The position numbers and the translations under genes were made by a program. This document shows positions 55,601 through 64,000 of a stretch of 64,000 nt of DNA, one piece after another. Position 1 is the stretch's first letter; every line of letters starts with the position of its first letter. The notes beneath the pieces were generated by a model. That model had not been told where the DNA came from. It did not search any database and saw only the letters and a list, made by a program, of their open reading frames with translations. The stretch is from the human T2T-CHM13v2.0 reference genome, Homo sapiens. The stretch is from NCBI RefSeq assembly GCF_009914755.1, contig NC_060927.1. One strand, 5' to 3'.

Positions 55601-58284
55601 AGTTCAAGGATTATATGGTGCTGAAGTTTAAAGCATGTAAGTAGGCACTCAATCTATGTCTGTTTTCTTCCTCTAATTCCATTCTCCTTCTAACCACCTC
55701 CCCTTGTCAGATCATTTAGTGGACATTGGATGACAAGAAATAGGAGAGGAAATCAAGGAGAATCGTGTTTCTTCTCCCTAATACCACCTACCCATTCTAC
55801 CTATCCATTTCAGGCAGCCTGGCAGTATAATGCCAACTTGGATTCATATATGCACACTTTTGAAAATTCAAGGTCCTGTCTCCTTTTCCTGCCAGCCAGA
55901 TATGGGACTTATATACTTCTCCCTGGGTTGGTTTGACCTTTAATGAAAGACTATGCTAACTCCTGTGCTCACAAAGCAGTAAATACCCAAGTCTTTCTGT
56001 CACAGAGTTTTAGGAACACAGGGACATCTAAAAATTAACTAAGCTGCTTAGCCAAAGCTCACCTTCCCCAGGGGTGCTTCTTTGTTCTGCAGGCCAATTG
56101 GGACCTGTCTGGATACCCCCTACCCCAAAATTGCTCATTTTGTTTGCCAGTCACTCCTTGCCTGGCTCTAACAGGCACCTTTCTTAGGAGTCTAACTGAG
56201 AAATTTAAATTTCTCTATACAGGCCAAGCCTCATGAGGGCTATTTGGGAAAGCCAGATGCACCCTCAGTCTAGAAATCCTGCCCTTCTTTTCTTCACCCT
56301 GTGAATTCCTGCTTGTCTTCTGAGACTCAGCTGTGGCATCACCTCATCTGAAACTCTTTCTTGACTTCTCTTGCCAGCTCAGTTAGGTGCTCCTCAGCTG
56401 TCATTTGAAGAGTGATAATTTGATGCCATAGTGATTAAATCCTATCATTTATTTGAGAAAAAAACCCCACTGATTTGTATACACAAATACAAAAACATAC
56501 AAATTTGCCTTCTTTAACAAATTTTGTAACCTTCCTTTTCCCCCTTCAAACAGTATTTCCATTTTATTTTCCTCATAGAATTTTAGCCTAATACAATACA
56601 ATTTTATGCTTTAACATGTTTTATTGTGCAGTCTTTAGTAATCTTTACCAAAAAAAATTTCCATAACTCAAAGTGTTAAAGATTTTTGTTTGGATTGAGT
56701 TTTCATTACAATTTTAAGTACAACATTGATCAAAACAATAAATTATAGTCTACATTTTGATGATTACTGGATTTAAAATTATAATTCAGCATGCAGCTTT
56801 AATGAGATGAATGGCTACTCCTCCCACAATTACTTAATGTATCCATGAATAAATATGACCAACCACTAGGATAAATGAGATTCAGCCTCAAGTACATTCC
56901 TATTTTTCATTTTAATAAATGCTTACAACTGAGAAATTTTTTCTTATAAATAAATTGACATGAATGGAAGTTTTGTAATAGCCTTGTCACTCTTTTTTTT
57001 GCACTTTTTCCAAGTTGTATATCAAAACCACAGTGATTCATCAGCAAAAATTATTTTTAGTCATCCAACAACTGACAAGTCAATGAGGTCTACCTTCAAT
57101 TTTGTGGAAAGAAAAGAACTGGAAAACCTGACTTTCAGAAAGATTTGATTACTGAATCAGGATAGTTATCCATTTTCTCAACACCTAAACTAATATTTCA
57201 AATGGCCCCTTGTTTAGCACTTGGAAGGTTTCAGTAAACCACAGGGTTTACTGTCATTATAGACAGTGTCCCAGTGCTGACAAGCTTACTTTATTTGAAA
57301 AAGCGTAAGAAGTATGAGTTCTTAGGCAGTTCAATTTTAGGAAACAGTACAGATGGAACTGGAAGATCTGCAAATTAAGCCCTGACTGCGTACTCTTCAG
57401 AAAATCATCACTTTGCCCCAGGGGTGGTGTTTCCCGATTTGAAGTCTGTTACTTAGGTGAATCAATTAACAGATCATATAAGATTGGGAAGGCAGGTAAA
57501 TTATTGATACACTTGCAGGATGGAGAAATTTCTCATGATTCTCTGGGAAGCCCCAACCCCACGGCCACTTGGTGCCTTGGGGCCATGTTGGTGGAGGACT
57601 CATTTCATTATTAAGTCTGGCATTAAGGCTGCTAGAAGACCTCATTAAGTTATTTCAGATATAGGGCTATAATTACTCAGTAACAGAACTGGCAATTTTC
57701 TGCTTGCATCAGAATTTAAGGAAACTAGGACCAGAAAATGCCTATGTATTTCCTGGCAGAGAGGACCAGCCTGGGAAGAGACATGAGGCAGGAATGGTTG
57801 CAATGATTCTCTTTGGTAGATTTGGCTACTATAACATGAAATGATATAGGGGTGTTGCCATTGAAAAGTTTATTCTTGCCCCCCTCTCATATATGTTTCC
57901 ATCCAATTTCTTTTATAAGAGAAAAATCAATCAGCAAAATTATATATAATAAATTCTTTAGTTCCATTTTCTTCCACTTCAGATTCCTTTTCATTTTCAG
58001 GAAAGATATTTTAATACCAGTGTAAGAGTGTTCTGCACAGAGTATTTATACTCAATTTTAATTCACCCAAAAAGTGCTTACTTGCCTTGGATGCCCTAAA
58101 CATTACCATACCCGAAAACTATGTCCACATTTGCTCTTGAAGAAATCTCAACCTATGGCATGAAATACCATCTATATACCATATAAACTCAAATGTTTAT
58201 ACATATACCTGATCTCTCTCCTAAGTTCCCAATGTGAATATCCCAATGTGTACCTGCCGACCAGATACCTACACTGGAAATCTC

Positions 58285-58692
58285 ATACATATATATATGT
58301 ATATGTGTGTGTGTATATATGTATATATATATACACACGTGTATATATGTATATATATATACACACGTGTATATATGTATATATACACACGTGTATATAT
58401 GTATATATACACACGTGTATATATGTATATATACACACGTGTATATATGTATATATACACACGTGTATATATGTATATATACACACGTGTATATATACAT
58501 ATATACACACGTGTATATATGTATATATACACACGTGTGTATATATGTATATATATACACACACTATATATGTATATGTGTGTGTATATATGTATATATT
58601 GTATATATATGTGGAGTGTGTGTGTATAATGTGTGCGTGTGTGTATATACATACATACATACACACATATATATTTACAGTGTAGGTATTTC

Positions 58693-58729
<37 letters not shown>
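58285..58729. repeat. Complex TA/CA/TG repeat with a 24-bp minisatellite core (atatacacacgtgtatatatgtat)n, 9 units, and a terminal (TG)n
   Basis: CACGTG at 58336, 58364, 58388, 58412, 58436, 58460, 58484, 58508, 58532; (TG)n at 58695-58729. Confidence 0.95.
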
Positions 58730-58732
<3 letters not shown>

Positions 58733-59580
58733 CTCCAACAAAACATGCCAAAACCAGAATTGTTTTTTCCACTCCCTTCTCCCATGTGCACCCATGTGAC
58801 ACCACAGTGTCTTTTGTTTCTATAAGTGGCCCCACAATGCACTGAGTTGCTTAAATCAAAATTCTGTTGGTCATTCGTCTTTTCCCATACCCCAAAATCT
58901 AATCCAATCCATCAGCAAATAAACATTTTAGGTAAAGCTGTGAAGGACAACACCTTAATAACATTTCTCATAGCCTTCCATTTTTTTCTCCACTAGACCA
59001 AGAGTGACTTCATGGATATTTGCCACTGCCTACTCACAGTTTTCCTCATTCTTGCCACCCTTTCCTCTTTCAATCCATCTTCTACACAGGATCAAGAGGG
59101 AAATTTTAATCATGGATTGTATCACATCACTCCCCTGCTTAAAATTCTTTGTGGTTTTCTATAGTTCTTAGAAGCCAAACTTTTTCCCATACCCTATAAA
59201 GCTCTATATCAGTTATCTTTAGTCTGTGATTAGAATTACTGGGAGAACCTAAAATAACAACAAGATCAACAACAGCAGCAGCAACAACAACCAAAAATCC
59301 CAAACACCGATGCCTGGGCACCACCCTAGACTAGTTGATTTGGAATTTCTGTAGGTGGAGCATCTGCATTTCTGATACATAGTCACTATCTCTCTCACTC
59401 ACTAAGATCCAAATATACAAATCTATTTCTTTTTTAAAACACACAGAATTTGTACCTGCCTATGGACTTTTTCACTGGCTATTTCCTCTTTCTGGAATAT
59501 TTAATACTCAGATTGGCACATTGGCTGGCTCCTTCTCATCACCCAGGTCTCCGCTCAAATATCACCTCTTTAAAGAGAAG
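58730..59580 (+). mobile_element. L2 fragment (probably also left of the minisatellite, ~58200), with an inserted MER5-like piece at ~59225-59375
   Basis: caatccatcagcaaat; catcactcccctgcttaaaattctttgtggtt; tggctggctccttctcatcacccaggtctccgctcaaatatcacc. Confidence 0.75.
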
Positions 59581-60045
59581 AGAGTCAGAGAAGAGGGCAA
59601 CAGACTTGTAAACCTTCATGTCTGTATACATGAGATTAGAGTCCTCATGTCAGGAGTTACTCCTTGCATTCTCCAGTCACTCACATATCACATGCCCTGT
59701 TTCTATGAGCTTGTCAGTGGTTGCTCTCCCATTTTCTTGCCTGTGGTATGTAGCCATCCTAAGAAGCAACAGAATTATCAAGTTAGCTTTTTAACTCATG
59801 TTTACATGCATATTTATTCAAATAATTATAATTCACTGGGACAGTGACTGTAAGAATGTATGCATATGTATGCAGGATTATCAAGGTCTTAACATGCCAT
59901 GCAAACAGGAGTCATCTCTGACTGCCTCTGAGGAATGACACTTCTCCTTGGGATGTATCCTGACATACAGACCTTTATGATCATCCTTCAGGGAACTTTC
60001 TCAAGAAAATACTCATTGAAAATCCAGTTCAATTTTGGAAACAAC

Positions 60046-60346
60046 TTTTTTTTTTTTTTTTAGATGGAGTCTTGCTGTGTTGCCAGGCTGGAGTGCAGTG
60101 GCATCATCTCAGCTCACTGCAACCTGCAACCTCCTCCTCCTGGCTTCAAGGGATTCTCCTGCCTCAGCCTCCTGAGTAGTTGGCACTACAGGCGCGCATC
60201 ACCATGCCCAGCTAATTTTTGTACTGTTAGTAGAGATGGGGTTTCACCATGTTGGCCAGGATGGTGTCGATCTCTTGACCTTGTGATCCACCCACCTCGG
60301 CCTCCCAAAGTGCTGGGATTACTGGCGTGAGCCACCACACCCAGCT
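60046..60346 (-). mobile_element. Alu SINE (AluSc-like), full length
   Basis: Poly(T), gttgccaggctgg (Sc-type), gatctcttgaccttgtgatcc; small internal duplication tgcaacctgcaacct. Confidence 0.94.
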
Positions 60347-61111
60347 GGACACTGCATTTCTAGGGATGTGGTTGACTTTGGTATAAAGCCCTTAGTGGTA
60401 GAATGAATTTCAACTTAGATATCCAAGCCCAATTTTGCTATAAAGGATCTTCCTGTATTCCTCCACTTTCAATATCTTAATAGGACTTGCATTGATAAGG
60501 AGTGCTAAAACTTACAACGTACTTTTACAGGTAGATGTTCTTCCTTATGTTCTCCCTTAACTCCCTGGGTAGTTGAGGCTTGAGTACTAGGTAGTTGAGT
60601 ACCAGAGTTCCCACATATGAGTGTGTAGCTTGTGTGCTATAAAAGTGTGCCTGGATGAAAGCTTGGGGAATGAAACTCAGTCCCTCACCAAGGCAGTCGC
60701 CTTCCTTAGGGCAAAGTCAGCCCAGAGGAAAGGGTGTGTTTCCCATCTTCAACCACCAGAGGGAACATTTTTCCTATTTCTGCAACACTGCCATCTGTCG
60801 TGGCTTAGCCATGGCAGTACTACTATTTTGGTTAGTTGTTTATTGCTTTATTTTGCAGATGAAAACTCCGCTATTGAGAGAGGTGAAATATTCTATCCCA
60901 GCAGAAAATCTTCCAGTGAGTCAAATATCTGCTAGTGAGTTGACAAAAAAAATCTAGAGCTCTTTCCGTCAGCACTTGGAAATATTCTTATTGTTACTGT
61001 TGGATGACCCCTGGTTTGTAGACACCGCCTATAGGGCAATGGTTGGGTTCAGAATTACAGAGTGAGAGGCATAAGCATCAAAGCACAGAGAAACATATTA
61101 ATAAAAGCCTC

Positions 61112-61828
61112 TGAGAAATAAAAATGAGATCCCAAATCCACCAACTGACTGAACAGAACCCCTCTTGGCCAAGGGGACCTCAGAGTAATCTTGAAAATTG
61201 AGTTCTCAGTCATGACAGTATGTGAGGTCAGACATTCCTTGTAATATCCCCTCCCTTGATAATCACCATTAAGCTTTCTTCCCTAAGGACCAAACAGAAA
61301 CCAGCCCTTTACAGAGACTCTACCACTGATATCAACTAACCAGTAATGACTGCCCCTCCCTTTTGTGGTTTTAACAAAACAGCTGACCAGCATTTCTTCC
61401 TGATAAGAGACCACAGACTATGAAGTGGTTCTGGCCAGTCTATGGAGGGTGTACATTAGGGGCTTTTGTGTCCTGTGCTTCACATTTGTCATCAGAGGGC
61501 TGAAAACACCACCCTCGGGTCACGCTAACAAGGCTGTATTTTGAACATGGGTCCCCTGGAGAATCATGAAGCTCAGTTGTGAATGTGTGTGTTTCTCCTT
61601 TTAAAAATATTTATGACTCCTCTTATAGCTTACTAAATATGTAAATGTGGCCACCTCAGCACACACTCCTGTTCCCTTTTCTCCTCCCTTGAAGAGTCTG
61701 TTTTTGGCTCCTGGCCAGAGGCTATGCTTCCCAGTCTGTCAGAATGGCCACCATGCAGGTTGCAACGCTTTATGAGAAATAAAGCTCTTGTTTCCACATT
61801 TATGAACCTCATCATTCTTCAGTTGACA
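61112..61828 (+). mobile_element. ERV1 solo LTR (MER50-like)
   Basis: tgagaaataaaaat...cccctcttggccaaggggacc...aataaagctc...tcttcagttgaca; 4-bp TSD cctc / tctc. Confidence 0.85.
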
Positions 61829-63647
61829 TCTCCAATTCCATGGGAGTCATTTAACTTATCAGAGTTCTTTTCTCTTTTGGAAATTGAAAGGGTGGACTCA
61901 GCACCAAATAAGGTTCCTCTGGGCTCTAATATCTTTGGCTAGAGGAGATGACAGAGTTTTTTTTTTTTGTAAAAGGAGCTATTTATTTGCTCTTCCATCA
62001 CAGCTGTCCAAGGTTATTTGAATCATAGCCATCTTGTGAGAAGACTTCTGCCACATTAAGCCATTTTGGAATCATCTTCAGCCTCGTTAACGACGTAGCA
62101 GGGTTAGTTTGGTCACTACCGACCTCCCTTTTTATCAAACTTGCTGTTGAATTGAATCTCTAATTTGGATGAAGTCGGGTGTCTCATCCCCTGGAGTTTA
62201 ATTACACACACATTCATTGATTCTGGGCCTGCTCCCTCAGGTCAAGAGCACACAACCACCTCACAGCTTTCTGCAAAGAGGACATGTTGTATAAGTCTAT
62301 GCTTGCAGTCTTTGGAGGAAATGATGAAGGTTGGAGAAAGGAAGCAAATAAATACATTTTTTCTAAGTCAATTCAAACTAGAATAAGTCACTGCCACACA
62401 TCATCTGCCCCCTCCTCCCCAGGGTCCCCCTTCCCCTGGAGCCTCCATCAGTAAATGAATTTAACCTAATTTGCTGCTCTCTAGGGAGAATGCATTCAAC
62501 CACAAGCTTCCCAAGGTGCTTCCGTTCCTGGTACAAAAAGCTGAAAATGTCATCGCATTTGCAAATGAACAGAAACCTCCCACTCAAAGAGCATCAGTGC
62601 CACTGTGGCTCACTGAAGCAGCTGGCAGGAGCCTTCCTCTCACTGCCATTGCTTTGTGGTTAGAATAATACACACATAGTCTTTTCATCTAATGACGTTG
62701 GCAAGTTTAACTTTCTTTGCAAAAGTAACAATGCTTTGCCTTCAACCAGCAGACTGTTCTCTCTTTCTTTGGAAAGGGCAGAATGGTTTCTATTTACTCC
62801 TGATAGGGCCAGTCACCTGCAACCTCTAGACATGTCTTCACTTCAGCTTTACCCCATGCTGTATAAACTCCATAGGTCACAGTGGCTTTGATATTCTTCA
62901 GCTATGAAAGTCTGAATTCTAGATTGAGATGCTGGCCCCATCAAGCACATCTTTCTTGGCGTTTTTTATTTGTCAAGGAGGGATGGGCTCAAAGCAGAAT
63001 ACTTTACACCCCTCATGATTTGCAATGACCTAGCTTCAATCTTTTCTCAGATTTAATATTTTCTGAGTAAGGGGCCCTGAACTCTGGCAAGAGGTGGCTT
63101 CTGGGTAAAGGCAGTACAGGAAATCTCCAATTTACTGGGGCTCTTTCCATGATTTTTGAAGCATGAAGGGACCATCATGGTGACTGGTTTACAGCACTGA
63201 CTAATCCAGACTAACCAGTTCATTTTGTCACAGAGAACTCCCAGAGTGTGGCCAAAAGTGTTCGCTAGAGATTCTACCAGAAACTGCACTTACATTGTAT
63301 TGCAAGCTTGCCAAATGTACATCCCAGAAAAGGCTAACACTCAGGACAGCTCATTACATGTTTTCATCTATTCTGCAGGAACTAGGACCACGGAAATGAG
63401 AAACTCTAGTTATAAACTTTACTGACACTTTAAATACAATAGATACACAAGGCTGGGTTAAGTATTATCCTCCATCTAGCAATGGCAATCTGGTTGGTAA
63501 TCGTGCACTAACACTAAGGTAGATGTTCTGAGATACATAAGCTATCCTGCTCAGATATAACACATCGATGCCTTTTACATCAAAACTCACTGAATGAGCT
63601 GTGTAGAGGCCTGTCTACAAGTGCACTCAGTGAATAAAATTACCCCA

Positions 63648-64000
63648 TGCATTACTCAGCTCAAATTGCCATAATAAAATACCACAGACTGGGTGGTTTA
63701 AATTTACACATACTCTGGAGGCTGGCAAGTACAAGATATAGGTACCCGCCAATTTGGTTCCCAGTGAGGGTTCTCTTCCTGGTTTGCAGACAACTGCTCT
63801 CTTGCTATGTCCTCAAATGACTGAGAAAGAGACCTCTGGTGGCTCTTTCTTTCTTATAAGGGCACCAGCCCTATCAGATTAGGGTCCCACCCTTATGACC
63901 TCCTTTAACATTTATAACCTCCTCAGAGGCCTTATCTTCAAATACCATCACTTTGGGGGTTAGGACTTCAACATATGTATTTGGGAGGGGGAACACATTC
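63648..64000 (-). mobile_element. MaLR LTR (MLT1A-like), runs to window edge
   Basis: tgccataataaaataccacagactgggtggtttaaa...tcttataagggcacca...cccacccttatgacctc...ggttaggacttcaacatatg. Confidence 0.88.

Noticed and set aside
58321-58546. Regularly spaced palindromic repeats resembling a CRISPR array
   Set aside because: No unique spacers and no cas genes; this is eukaryotic simple-repeat DNA
58189-58845. Several 120-190 aa overlapping ORFs (YTRVYMYI repeats)
   Set aside because: Artefact of a stop-free TA/CA/TG repeat that is open in all frames
61023-61038. Possible CTCF motif ccgcctatagggca
   Set aside because: Several mismatches at core positions

Overview
Vertebrate (primate, almost certainly human-like) AT-rich, CpG-depleted non-coding DNA, intronic or intergenic. 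I cannot identify the locus. No protein-coding gene, RNA gene, CpG island or CRISPR-type array is supported. The ORF track is explained by repeat-derived or chance ORFs. Roughly half the window is recognisable interspersed repeat: Alu (J, S and a very young Yc1-type copy), MIR, L2, L1, MaLR/ERV LTRs and hAT DNA-transposon fossils. Highlights: (1) a ~12-kb nested L1 complex (8.26-20.2 kb) holding an apparently full-length ancient antisense L1 that still has its 5' end; (2) an intact two-LTR THE1A element; (3) a near-pristine 5'-truncated AluYc1-like insertion with a perfect TSD; (4) a 24-bp minisatellite with nine CACGTG E-boxes in an alternating purine-pyrimidine tract; (5) several repeat-free blocks with enhancer-like motif clusters and possible minus-strand non-coding exons. 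Repeat subfamily names come from recalled consensus sequences, not a database search, and old-repeat boundaries are approximate. I see no convincing evidence of a new biological system; the findings are hypotheses to test.
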